64,000 nt of DNA from assembly GCA_032906765.1 (NCBI GenBank), contig JAJTZB010000003.1, positions 77,072 to 141,071 on the forward strand, given 5' to 3'. Position 1 is the stretch's first letter. Every line of letters starts with the position of its first letter. Source of the DNA: Nitrososphaerales archaeon (GTDB taxonomy: Archaea; Thermoproteota; Nitrososphaeria; Nitrososphaerales; Gagatemarchaeaceae). The notes beneath the pieces were generated by a model. That model had not been told where the DNA came from. It saw only the letters and a list, made by a program, of their open reading frames with translations, and did not search any database. Both the position numbers and the translations under genes were made by a program. Positions 52,636 to 61,621 of the stretch are shown piece by piece.

Positions 52636-53061
52636 TTGAAGGGCCAGATACAATCTGTGGAAGTCTCCTACTTCATACACGCGACCGAGGACAAGGCAAG
52701 GGTCGACTCCGCAGTTGCCGGTCTTCTCGGGACAGACGCGGAGCCTGCCGCGGAGGTATTGGAGGGTCACTTCGGCAACCAAATCGTACTGGTGAAGCGC
52801 CACATCGTGGGAGAAGACGCCTCGCGCGTGTTCGGGAACATCGCTTCGAGGATGCCTGCAGAGATGAAGAGGTCCCTGAAGTCAGAGCTGAGCAAGTACG
52901 TTGACGAGCATTCTGCCCTATACCTCAGGCTGGATAAACAGAAGCTGATGTCGGGCGAAGTCGGCATGGCAGACTCCGACCCGGTGAGGGTAAAGGTCAA
53001 GCCAAGACTCTATTTGGTCAAGGGTTCTGTGTCGCAGTTCTACGGGAGGCTTCTGGGCTGA
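52636..53061 (+). CDS. DUF54 / predicted exosome-associated RNA-binding protein
   Basis: 141 aa. VEVSYFIHATEDKARV...LEGHFGNQI matches the DUF54 (COG1931) pattern as I recall it. It precedes the RNase P Pop5 gene, as in the archaeal exosome superoperon. Confidence 0.68.
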   Translation: MKGQIQSVEVSYFIHATEDKARVDSAVAGLLGTDAEPAAEVLEGHFGNQIVLVKRHIVGEDASRVFGNIASRMPAEMKRSLKSELSKYVDEHSALYLRLDKQKLMSGEVGMADSDPVRVKVKPRLYLVKGSVSQFYGRLLG

Positions 53062-53372
53062 GGCGCAGGAGCAGGAAGAGGTATGTCCTTATCGAGGCGG
53101 ACGGCGAACTCGACAAGACAGACCTGGAGACCCTGGGCCGATACTTCGAGCAGAGGCAGGTGAAGACGACGTTCATCACGCCGAAGGGGAACAGAGCTTC
53201 ATTGATAGTGAAGACAGGGATAGACGGTGCAGATGCAGTCAGGGAATCGTGCTCCGGAATGGAGATAGGCGGAAAGAAGCTCAGGACGACACTCGTCTCC
53301 GGGAGCATAGGTAAGCTCAAAAGGCGAGTAGTGGGAGGCGAGACGACAGAAGATGCCAAAGTTCCAAAGTGA
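53058..53372 (+). CDS. RNase P protein component Pop5-like; start codon unresolved
   Basis: In frame it reads (L)RRRSRKRYVLIEADGE...TTLVSGSIGKLKRR, which matches the Pop5 RYI-type N-terminus and the VSGTIKRLKRK-type C-terminus. The first canonical start (GTG at 53160) would remove the conserved N-terminus. 53058 is a CTG codon overlapping the upstream TGA. Confidence 0.6.
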   Translation: MRRRSRKRYVLIEADGELDKTDLETLGRYFEQRQVKTTFITPKGNRASLIVKTGIDGADAVRESCSGMEIGGKKLRTTLVSGSIGKLKRRVVGGETTEDAKVPK

Positions 53373-53730
53373 CGAGTTCTTCAACGAACTCGTGGCGGCG
53401 CTCTCTGCCGATCCCAAGTGGACCGAGAGCACCAAGGGGATCAAGACATCTATGCTGTTTAACGTGACAGACACGGGTTCGAGCCACCTTCTCACCGTTG
53501 ACCAGGGCGTGACCTCAGTCCAAACTGCGCCGCAAGGTGCGACTGCGGAGTTCTCGTTCGAGGGAACTTACGACGCGTGGACGAAGGTAGCGAAGGGGGA
53601 GGTGGACATACAGTCGGCCGTCTTGAAGGGTCAGCTCAAGTTCAAGGGATCGATTACGAAAATCCTGATGTACAGGGACAGGTTCATGCTGATAGCTGAC
53701 CTGATGAAGAACGTTCAGAAAGAGTACTAG
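53353..53730 (+). CDS. SCP2 sterol-carrier domain protein
   Basis: 125 aa. The pattern F.F.VTD.......L.V..G......GEA...F....D.W.K...G..D...A.L.G.LK.KG......M is typical of SCP2. Confidence 0.75.
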   Translation: MPKFQSDEFFNELVAALSADPKWTESTKGIKTSMLFNVTDTGSSHLLTVDQGVTSVQTAPQGATAEFSFEGTYDAWTKVAKGEVDIQSAVLKGQLKFKGSITKILMYRDRFMLIADLMKNVQKEY

Positions 53731-54158
53731 ACAGGGACAAATACGTAGTAAGGACTTCCTTCCTTGCTAGTCCTTGTATCCACCCTCAGCTTCATTCCAG
53801 GCCTAGCCTTGTCAGGCTGAACACCCTCCAGCCAGGCCAGCACCTTGATGCCGTTAGACAGCTCGCCTATCGCTATGATGTACGGGTCGCTGTCTGCGAA
53901 GCTAGCAGGAGTGATTTGGACATAGGTGTATGTGACCAGGGTTGCGTCCCTTCCGAGTTCCACCCACTCGAGCTTGTCGCCCATACACTTCGGGCAGTCA
54001 GCCTGAGGCGGGAAGCAGACATTCCCGCAGGTCGAGCACTTCGTGGTGACGAATCTCCCCTGCTTGAGCGCGTCCCAGAACTCATGTGTCTTTCCTATCG
54101 GTATGTTGAACCGCAGAGTCAGAGTCCGTCGAGAGTGCAGGACCGGTTCTTCCGCCAT
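53727..54158 (-). CDS. Zn-ribbon / OB-fold protein (DUF35), thiolase partner
   Basis: 143 aa with CSTCGNVCFPPQADCPKC followed by an OB-fold region. It lies directly downstream of the thiolase. Confidence 0.8.
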   Translation of the reverse strand: MAEEPVLHSRRTLTLRFNIPIGKTHEFWDALKQGRFVTTKCSTCGNVCFPPQADCPKCMGDKLEWVELGRDATLVTYTYVQITPASFADSDPYIIAIGELSNGIKVLAWLEGVQPDKARPGMKLRVDTRTSKEGSPYYVFVPV

Positions 54159-54162
54159 GATC

Positions 54163-55323
54163 TCAGTTCCTCGAGAGGACAGTCACGTATGCGTAGTGGC
54201 CAGTCCCGCCGACGTTGTGGACCAGCCCGATGCCGTTCTTGATGCTGGCCTGGTGGCTGCCAGCCTCCTGCCTGAGCTGCTTCGTCACTTCGACCATCAT
54301 GGAGACTCCTGTGGCTCCGATTGGGTGTCCCTTCGCCTTCAGGCCCCCGTCCAAGTTGACTGGTATTCTTCCGCCGACCTCTGTCTGGCCTTCCCTGATC
54401 AGCTTCGCTCCGTCTCCTTTCTTGCAGAACCCGAGGTCCTCGTATGCCATCAGCTCAGCGATCGTGAAACAATCGTGGCACGTGGCCACGTCGACCTGGT
54501 CAGGCCTTATCTTCGCGGATAGGTAGGCGCGCTTCGCAGCTTCGACAGTCGCTTCAAGCCCGACGTAGTCGCTCCTCTTGCTCAGGTTGGCGGAGTCGGA
54601 CGAGTAGCCCACGCCCTTTATCCAGACTGGGGAGTCGGTGAGTTTCCTGGCCACATCCTCGCTCGCCAGCACGACTGCGGCAGAGCCGTCGGTGAGCGGG
54701 CAAGCATCGTAGAGCTTCAAGGGCCATGAGACGACCTGAGAGTTCAGTGCCTTCTCGAGAGTGATCTCCTTCTGGAACTGGGCCATGGGATTCATGGCGC
54801 CGTAATGGTGCGCCTTGACCGCGACACGGGACATGTCCTCCTCGGTGGTCCCGAACTTGTTCATGTGAGCCACAGCGTAGAGGGCGTAGTAAGCGGGAAA
54901 TGTCATTCCGTAGTTCTCGAACTCCCACATGTAGGACCCTGCTCTCCCTATCAGCTCGACAGACGTGAGCGTGTCCACCTCCGTCATCTTCTCTACGCCG
55001 ACCGCCATCGCTACGTCCCCCTCGCCGCTGACTATGCTGTTGTAGGCGGCCTTGACAGCGGCGCTCCCACTCGCGCACGCCGCCTCGACCCTCATTGTGC
55101 CGACCGAGTTCAGCCCCGCGTACTCGTTGACTATGACAGCGGGAAGCGATTCCTCGTACCATCCTCCGGCGCTTCCGACGACCACGTTCTTGATGTCCTT
55201 CTTGTCGACGCCTGCGTCGCTGACGGCCTGCTTGATCGATTCGAACGCTAGCTCAGCCACGTTGACATCTGTCCTCTTGCCGAACTTCGAGTGCCCAATC
55301 CCGACGATTGCGACCCGACTCAT
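54163..55323 (-). CDS. Thiolase (archaeal / SCPx-type acetyl-CoA acyltransferase)
   Basis: 386 aa with active-site Cys contexts (EAACASGSAA; CHDCFTIAE), GGLKAKGHPIGATG and a C-terminal NVGGTG. Confidence 0.9.
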   Translation of the reverse strand: MSRVAIVGIGHSKFGKRTDVNVAELAFESIKQAVSDAGVDKKDIKNVVVGSAGGWYEESLPAVIVNEYAGLNSVGTMRVEAACASGSAAVKAAYNSIVSGEGDVAMAVGVEKMTEVDTLTSVELIGRAGSYMWEFENYGMTFPAYYALYAVAHMNKFGTTEEDMSRVAVKAHHYGAMNPMAQFQKEITLEKALNSQVVSWPLKLYDACPLTDGSAAVVLASEDVARKLTDSPVWIKGVGYSSDSANLSKRSDYVGLEATVEAAKRAYLSAKIRPDQVDVATCHDCFTIAELMAYEDLGFCKKGDGAKLIREGQTEVGGRIPVNLDGGLKAKGHPIGATGVSMMVEVTKQLRQEAGSHQASIKNGIGLVHNVGGTGHYAYVTVLSRN

Positions 55324-55335
55324 TTCACGGGCGCC

Positions 55336-56496
55336 TCACTGAGTGTCGAGGAGCTCCCTCGAGAGAATCCATCTCTGGACCTCGGAGGTCCCTTCGACTA
55401 TATCAAGTATCTTGGCGTCCCTGAGGTACCTCTCCACCGGCAGCAGCTTGCTGACCCCGTAGCCTCCGTGGATTTGAATCGCCCTCTCGCAAACCCAGAC
55501 GGCCGCTTCGCTCGCGAAGTATTTCGCCATCGCCGCCTCCTTCATGAACTCCCCACCGCTGTCACGGAGCGTCGCGGCGTGTAAGGTGAGCAGCCACGCT
55601 GCCCTGGTCCTTGTCGCCATGTCCGCTATCATGAACCTGATGGCCTCGTACTTCGAGAGCGGCCTGTCGAAGATGTTCCTCTTCTTGACGTACGGGAGGA
55701 CCTGCTCCATCGCGGCCTCGGCAATCCCCACGGCAGCCGCTGCGGCTCCGATTCTCGACTCGGCGAGTATCGCCATGGCGATGAGGAAACCGTCGCCCTC
55801 GTGCCCGATCAAGTTCGTTGCTGGAATCTTGCAGTTCTCGAAGACGAGCTCGGCCGTGCCTGTACCCCTCGCCCCCATCACCTCGAGCCTTTGCCCCACC
55901 CTGAAACCCGGGGTCCCCTTTTCGACCACGAAGGCTGTGATGCCTGCGGCGCCGTCCTCAGGTTTGCCCGTCCTCGCGAAGAAGACGAGCACATCTGCCA
56001 CCGCGCCCTGCGTGATGAACATCTTGGAGCCGTTGATGACGTAGGAATCTCCGGCCTTTGTCGCCTTCGTGGTAAGACCCGCGGCGTCCGAGCCGGCACC
56101 AGGCTCCGTGAGGCCGTACGAGCAGATGATCTCTCCCTTGGCAAGCCTGGGCAGGTACTTCGCCTTCTGCTCCTTGCTTCCGAACTTTGTTAGGACGTTG
56201 CCGGCGAGGCCGTTCTGGACTCCCATTATGAAGCTGGCAGAGAGGCTCGCCTTCGCGATTTCCTTGCCCACCACCACTGAGCCCATCAGGTCGAGGCCCA
56301 GGCCGCCGTACTCCTGGGGTGTATTCAGACCGAGGAGACCGTACTCTCCCATCTTTTTGGCGAGCTGCATCGGGTACTCGTCAGACCTGTCAATCTTCTC
56401 TGCGATAGGCAGAATCTCCCTAGCCGCGAAGTCCCGAGCCCATTTCTTGACCTCGGCGTATTCGGGCTTGACGTGGACCTCGGGGAAGTCGGACAT
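55336..56496 (-). CDS. Acyl-CoA dehydrogenase
   Basis: 386 aa with the YGLTEPGAGSD motif, a FITQG-like motif, and C-terminal QIHGGYG plus the catalytic Glu region (IVEGTSEVQR). Confidence 0.92.
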   Translation of the reverse strand: MSDFPEVHVKPEYAEVKKWARDFAAREILPIAEKIDRSDEYPMQLAKKMGEYGLLGLNTPQEYGGLGLDLMGSVVVGKEIAKASLSASFIMGVQNGLAGNVLTKFGSKEQKAKYLPRLAKGEIICSYGLTEPGAGSDAAGLTTKATKAGDSYVINGSKMFITQGAVADVLVFFARTGKPEDGAAGITAFVVEKGTPGFRVGQRLEVMGARGTGTAELVFENCKIPATNLIGHEGDGFLIAMAILAESRIGAAAAAVGIAEAAMEQVLPYVKKRNIFDRPLSKYEAIRFMIADMATRTRAAWLLTLHAATLRDSGGEFMKEAAMAKYFASEAAVWVCERAIQIHGGYGVSKLLPVERYLRDAKILDIVEGTSEVQRWILSRELLDTQ

Positions 56497-56543
56497 GGTA
56501 ACCTTCTTGTTACCACTATTATGCGCTTAAGATAACCCTTCCG

Positions 56544-58532
56544 CTACGTTCCCTTGAAGTCAGGTTCACGCTTCTCCAGCATCGCCGATATACCCTCGGA
56601 GGCGTCCTGCGTGGAGAGGAGGATCCCGAAACTCCCGGCCTCGAAGAGCTGACCGAGGTCCGTGGGGACCTGGGTGGAGAGGTTGAGCGCGTGCTTCGCG
56701 AACTTGAGCGACAAAGGAGGTTGCTTCGCGAGCTTTGTGGCGAAATCCGTGACTCCGGCTTCGAACTCGGACTTCTTGAACACCTTGTTCACTAGGCCGA
56801 TCTTCAGCGCCTCCTCCGCCGGCAGCCTCTGGGCGAAGTAGATCATCTCCCTCGCGCGGGTCAGGCCCACCACCCTCGCAAGCCTTTGAGTGCCCCCGGC
56901 GCCGGGGATCAGTCCGAGCCTTGTCTCTGTCAAGCCGATCTGGGCGTCTTCAGAGGCAAGCCTGAAGTCGCACGCGAGTGCCAGCTCGCATCCTCCGCCG
57001 AAAGCCATCCCGTTGATCGCTGCTAAGACAGGCTTGTTCAGCCTCTCGACAACGGAGAAGGCCTCGAACCAGCCCCTCGCGAAGTCGAATATCTTAGCTG
57101 GAGACGAGACGTCGAAGCTAGTGAGGTCGGCTCCAGCGCTGAATGCCCTGTCCCCCTCTCCACGGAGAATGATCACCCTGACAGCGCCGTCGGCCTCGAG
57201 GTTCTTCAGAGCGGTGACGAGCTCCTGGACCAGCTTCTGCGTTATCGTGTTCAGTCTGTGCGGTCGGTTGAGCATGACCCAAGCGAGTGGTGGTACTTTC
57301 CTAACGACGATCTCCTCCATCTTTGTCTCGCTGGAAGCGTAATCATAGAACCCCTTCCCAGCCTTGCTCCCGAGCTTCCCCTCAGCGACCATGCTCGTCA
57401 GTAGCGTGTCGGGCCTGTAGAACTCCTCGTCAGCCTTCTCCTTCGCCGTCAATGACGCGACCACTCTGTCGACGCCCCAGCCGTCGGCCATCCGCAGGAT
57501 GCCGTCGGGGAAGCCCAGTCCCAGCTTCACAGACCTGTCGAGATCCTCGACCGAGCAGACGCCGTTCCTCACAAGCCACGCTGCAGCGTTGACAGCTGGC
57601 GCGAACACCGTGAGCGGGTCGAGCCCTGCCCCTGCGTCCTTCGCGATGCTCGGCCTCTCCCACTGCCCCTTCCCGTAGACGTAGAATCCCTCACCGCTCT
57701 TCCTGCCGAACTTCTTCTCCTCGTACTTCTGCTTGAAGAGCGGCGCGACAAGGACGTTAGACGGGTCCCTAGACCTTACTGCTTCACCCGCCATGTAGAT
57801 TGTGTCTATACCGCTGTAGTCGGCGAGCTCGAAGAGCCCCATCGGCAGCCCCACCTTGTAGAGCGCCATCGAGTCGACCTGCTCGATTGTAGCCTGCTTC
57901 CTTGAGACAACCCAGGCTGCCTCGTTCAGCAGTGGCCCCAGGATCCTGTTGACTATGAAGCCGGGGACGTCCTTGGCGCAGACGACGACCTCCTTGCCGA
58001 ACCTCTTGGCCAGGGCTACTGCAAGGGAAAGCGACTCGTTGCTCGTCTTGTTCCCCCTGACCACCTCAACCAGAGGCATGAGGGGGGGAGGGTTGAAGAA
58101 GTGAATACCCACGAATTCGGACTCCCTCTTCGTTGACGAGGCAACCTCGCTGATCGGCAGCGTGCTCGTGTTAGAGGCGAAGAGAGCCCCAATCGGGGCC
58201 ATCCTGTCTGCCCTGGAGAACAGGTCGCGCTTGATAGAAATGTCCTCTGGTGCAGCCTCGATGACGACGTCAGCGTGGCTCACTGCCTCGTTCAGGTCGA
58301 TCGTGCCCTTGATTCTGGCGAGGGCCTCCTTTGCCTTGGCCTCGGGAATCGACTTCCTCTCGACGAACTTGGAGACGCTCCACCTTATCTTCTCAAGCGC
58401 CGAGCTGATGAACTCGTCCTTGATATCGTATAGTGTGACCTCGTAGCCTGCAAGGGCTGCAACCTCTGCGATGCCGTGGCCCATGACGCCAGCCCCCAGG
58501 ACTGTGACCCTTCGGATGTCTTCTAGCTTCAT
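56544..58532 (-). CDS. Fused 3-hydroxyacyl-CoA dehydrogenase (N-terminal) / enoyl-CoA hydratase (C-terminal)
   Basis: 662 aa. It has an N-terminal NAD fold (VTVLGAGVMGHGIA) and HFFNPP, and a C-terminal crotonase region (FSAGADL, INGMAFGGGCELALACD). Confidence 0.9.
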   Translation of the reverse strand: MKLEDIRRVTVLGAGVMGHGIAEVAALAGYEVTLYDIKDEFISSALEKIRWSVSKFVERKSIPEAKAKEALARIKGTIDLNEAVSHADVVIEAAPEDISIKRDLFSRADRMAPIGALFASNTSTLPISEVASSTKRESEFVGIHFFNPPPLMPLVEVVRGNKTSNESLSLAVALAKRFGKEVVVCAKDVPGFIVNRILGPLLNEAAWVVSRKQATIEQVDSMALYKVGLPMGLFELADYSGIDTIYMAGEAVRSRDPSNVLVAPLFKQKYEEKKFGRKSGEGFYVYGKGQWERPSIAKDAGAGLDPLTVFAPAVNAAAWLVRNGVCSVEDLDRSVKLGLGFPDGILRMADGWGVDRVVASLTAKEKADEEFYRPDTLLTSMVAEGKLGSKAGKGFYDYASSETKMEEIVVRKVPPLAWVMLNRPHRLNTITQKLVQELVTALKNLEADGAVRVIILRGEGDRAFSAGADLTSFDVSSPAKIFDFARGWFEAFSVVERLNKPVLAAINGMAFGGGCELALACDFRLASEDAQIGLTETRLGLIPGAGGTQRLARVVGLTRAREMIYFAQRLPAEEALKIGLVNKVFKKSEFEAGVTDFATKLAKQPPLSLKFAKHALNLSTQVPTDLGQLFEAGSFGILLSTQDASEGISAMLEKREPDFKGT

Positions 58533-58578
58533 GTCACTCTGAAGACGCGGGCCCTCTGGTGATAAAAGGGTTGGCGCC

Positions 58579-59724
58579 CTACTCGACGGCGCCGGAGTTC
58601 CTAAGCCTCGAGATCTCTGGCTTTGTATAACCCAGCGACTTCATGATCATCTCGGTGTGCTCGCCGAGCGATGGCGCAGGGGTGAATGGCTTCGACCTGA
58701 GCGGCACAGATGTCTTCAGCGGGTGGTTGAGGACTGTGGCTCCTCCCTGCACACCTACGAGCATCGATGCGGCACGTGCCCAATCGCTCTTCAGAGCCTC
58801 CTCAATTGTGAGGACGGGTGTGGCGCACGTCTCCTTCCCCATGAGTGAATTCGCCCATTCGTCGCGGGTCTTCGACGCGAAGATTCTCTTCAGCGCCAGA
58901 GTCAACTGCCTCCTCTCCCCCTTGCTGCCGAACCTCTTCTCCTCAAGATCGGGAGCGCCGAGAGCAGTGACGAGGTTGTGCCAGAACCTCTGCTCTATCG
59001 CAGCGACAGCAACATACTTGCCGTCAGAGGTCCGGAAGAGGTTGTAGTACGGGTCGGAGCCGAAGACGAGGCTGCCCCCTTCCGAAGGCGGTCTGCCCGT
59101 GGCGAGGTACGAGGAGACCGGCACGACCATCCAAGATAGCAATGAGGGAACTATCGGCACGTCGATGTAGACTGCCCCCTTCTTCCTGACCAGGGCTCCG
59201 AGGATCGCGACAGCGGCGAACATCCCGGACGCCATGTCGCCCATCTGCACGAGCGGCACCTCTGGTCTCCTCGAGTAGCCGAGCGAACCTGCCATCGCCT
59301 GGAAGTTGATGTCGTGGCCCGGCATGGAGCTGTACCTGCTCTTCTGACCGAAAGCCGAGATGGAGCAGTAGACTATGTGAGGGTTCAGCCTCCTCACTTG
59401 ATCGAAGGAGAAACCGAGTCTCGCCATCGCGCCAGGCCTGAACCCCTCCACGAAGACGTCCGCGCGCCTGACGAGTCTGCGAAGGACTTCCTTTCCGGCC
59501 GGCTTCTTCAGGTCAATCCCGATGCTCAGCTTGTTCCTGTTGGCCGTGGAGTGGACGGGGCTCCGACCTGCCTTGGTCGGAGGGGTCGCGCGCATGTAGT
59601 CTCCGAGGCCGGGCTGCTCGACCTTGATCACCTCGGCGCCCATGTCGGAGAGGAGCAGGGTGCAGTACCCTCCAGGGAGAAGCCTTGTGACATCGACCAC
59701 CTTGATGCCGTCGAGGAACCCCAC
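58579..59724 (-). CDS. Family III CoA-transferase (CaiB/BaiF)
   Basis: 381 aa. GIKVVDVTRLLPGGYCT..L.DMGAEVIKVE and the later GHDINF motif are typical of the family. Confidence 0.88.
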   Translation of the reverse strand: MGFLDGIKVVDVTRLLPGGYCTLLLSDMGAEVIKVEQPGLGDYMRATPPTKAGRSPVHSTANRNKLSIGIDLKKPAGKEVLRRLVRRADVFVEGFRPGAMARLGFSFDQVRRLNPHIVYCSISAFGQKSRYSSMPGHDINFQAMAGSLGYSRRPEVPLVQMGDMASGMFAAVAILGALVRKKGAVYIDVPIVPSLLSWMVVPVSSYLATGRPPSEGGSLVFGSDPYYNLFRTSDGKYVAVAAIEQRFWHNLVTALGAPDLEEKRFGSKGERRQLTLALKRIFASKTRDEWANSLMGKETCATPVLTIEEALKSDWARAASMLVGVQGGATVLNHPLKTSVPLRSKPFTPAPSLGEHTEMIMKSLGYTKPEISRLRNSGAVE

Positions 59725-59905
59725 GGCGGCTCCTCCAAGTCGGCAAATAAAACCTAAATGAGGGAGCGGAGTCGTCCAATCGACGATGAGGTGAACGCCG
59801 TCCCAGTCATAGCCCGGGTTAGCTCCATGGGCAGATGATGAACTCGCGACGATACCGAGTCAAAACTTGCTACGCTTAATAGAGTCTCGAGGTCTTGGAG
59901 GCCTG

Positions 59906-60091
59906 ATGGCCAAGAGCGTGAAGGTTCACGACGACACGCACAGAGTGCTCAAGCGTATGAAGGAGAGCAGGCGGAGCAAGAGCATGGACGAGGTCATCAG
60001 GGAGATGATCAGGCAATCGACCGGCACTGCGGTCGAGAAGACCCAGGCCAAAGGGAGAGCAGCCGAACTCACCTCCTACATGAATGGATGA
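59906..60091 (+). CDS. Small antitoxin-like protein (archaeal VapB/DUF217-like; tentative)
   Basis: MAKSVKVHDDTHRVLKRMKESRRSKSMDEVIREMI resembles the archaeal putative-antitoxin family (pattern K.I.I.EE.Y..L...K...ESFS.VI..L), recalled from memory. Confidence 0.5.
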   Translation: MAKSVKVHDDTHRVLKRMKESRRSKSMDEVIREMIRQSTGTAVEKTQAKGRAAELTSYMNG

Positions 60092-60284
60092 TCAGGTAAG
60101 ACAGAAATACGCACTTCGAGGGAGCATCGAGATATCCATGGTCAAGTTCGACGGCATAATCGGCAAGGCATTGCTGACTGTCACGGAGAAGGAGAACGAG
60201 CTCACACTCGTGTTCGCCGACAACAGGTTCCTGTTCGTGACGCTCGAGGGCGGCAAGATGAAGTCCGTGAGCGTGCCGGAGTAG
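60084..60284 (+). CDS. Orphan 66-aa protein, translationally coupled to the antitoxin-like gene
   Basis: Its ATG overlaps the upstream 3' end. It looks beta-rich and has no PIN or other toxin motif that I recognise. Confidence 0.35.
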   Translation: MDDQVRQKYALRGSIEISMVKFDGIIGKALLTVTEKENELTLVFADNRFLFVTLEGGKMKSVSVPE

Positions 60285-60288
60285 GAGC

Positions 60289-60942
60289 TTACTCCTTCTC
60301 CAGTATCTCTACGGCGCGCTTCCCTTCGAGTAGCTTCTTGAACCTCTCCGCGTCGGCCCTCGTGCCAACGATTTTGCCGTAGTGCATCGGCACAGCGACC
60401 TTGACCTTCATCGCCTTCGCTGCCTCGGCTGCCTCGTCCGCTGTCATCACGTATGTGCCCGACACCGGCAGCAGCGCAACGTCCACGTCGAGCGCCTTCA
60501 TCTCGGGTGTCGCGTCGCTGTCTCCGGCGTGGTAGAACCTCACTCCGTCCAATGTGACGATGTAGCCGACTCTTCCATCTGCCTTGGGGTGGAAGACCTT
60601 GCCCGGCTCCCTGAACTTGTTCAGGTTGTAGGCGGGGATGGAACCCACGGTCGCTCCTTCTATTTCCAACGTGTCGCCGGGGGCGATGAACTTCTTACTG
60701 CCGCCGAGTTTCTTCAGCGGCTCCTCGCAGATCTTGGGAGCGACGATGGTTGTGGAAGGTGACGAGAACCGCTTGATGTCGTCCTCACTGAGATGGTCGG
60801 AATGCTCGTGCGAGATGAGGAGTATGTCCGCCTTGAAGTTTCCCTGCGCCTTGAAGGGGTCAATCACTATGGTCTTGGAGCCCTGCAGGACGAAAGAGTC
60901 GTGCCCGAGCCAGTGGACCTTGACGCCGCCGTAAGACCACAA
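60289..60942 (-). CDS. MBL-fold metal-dependent hydrolase (UPF0173-like)
   Basis: 217 aa with the LISHEHSDH motif and later HAGD and PMHYG. Confidence 0.8.
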   Translation of the reverse strand: MWSYGGVKVHWLGHDSFVLQGSKTIVIDPFKAQGNFKADILLISHEHSDHLSEDDIKRFSSPSTTIVAPKICEEPLKKLGGSKKFIAPGDTLEIEGATVGSIPAYNLNKFREPGKVFHPKADGRVGYIVTLDGVRFYHAGDSDATPEMKALDVDVALLPVSGTYVMTADEAAEAAKAMKVKVAVPMHYGKIVGTRADAERFKKLLEGKRAVEILEKE

Positions 60943-60955
60943 GTTCTGGCCCTCT

Positions 60956-61555
60956 CTACAGGTTCAGCGATTCCTCTCTGATTCCTGAGCGGTCGAGGAT
61001 GAGTATGTCGACTCCATTTCCGCTCATCGCGTCCCTGGCCACAGCCGCCTTTATCGCCGAGACGGCGAGGTCCCTCGCCTCCTTCTGGGACATGGCCGGG
61101 TTGTAACCAGCCTCAATCACTCCTATGGCCATTTCTTCACCAGTCCCCACCGTGGCGTACTGGTCGGGGATGACGCTCCCAAGTGGGTCTAGGACGTAGA
61201 CGACTGGCTTGTCGCCGTATCCGCCCAGAATGACCTGGGTCAGTAGTGGGGCGAACCTGTTCTCGAACATGAGGGTCGACATCAGCTTCGCCACGGAGTT
61301 CGGCTTCATCGGCCTCCTTGACTCTAGCTCCTTGAGCTTGGCGTACACTGCCACCTGTCTCGCAAGGTTCTGCATATCTGCGACCATTCCAGCGCAGACA
61401 GCTCCGACAGTTTCCGTCAATCTGAAGACCTTCCTGCCAGACTTGCTTACAACGTAGTTGCCGAGCGTGATTCTCCTCTCCGCGCCGAGAATCACCCCAT
61501 CCTTGTAGGCGATGCCGACAGCTGTCGCTCCTGGCATGTAAGCTTCATACGACAC
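60956..61555 (-). CDS. psmB: Proteasome beta subunit paralogue with Ala in place of the catalytic Thr1
   Basis: 199 aa with a GTG start. MPG|ATAVGIAYKDGVILGAERRITLGNYVVSKSGRKVF aligns to the archaeal G|TTTVGI....G....ERR........K consensus. Glu17 and Lys33 are retained, but position 1 is Ala (GCG). Confidence 0.85.
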   Translation of the reverse strand: MSYEAYMPGATAVGIAYKDGVILGAERRITLGNYVVSKSGRKVFRLTETVGAVCAGMVADMQNLARQVAVYAKLKELESRRPMKPNSVAKLMSTLMFENRFAPLLTQVILGGYGDKPVVYVLDPLGSVIPDQYATVGTGEEMAIGVIEAGYNPAMSQKEARDLAVSAIKAAVARDAMSGNGVDILILDRSGIREESLNL

Positions 61556-61621
61556 TATGAGTTCCTCTCATGCCCAGCGGAAAGACCCACCTTTTTAGAG
61601 GTTGTGCTCGGAAATCTTGTT

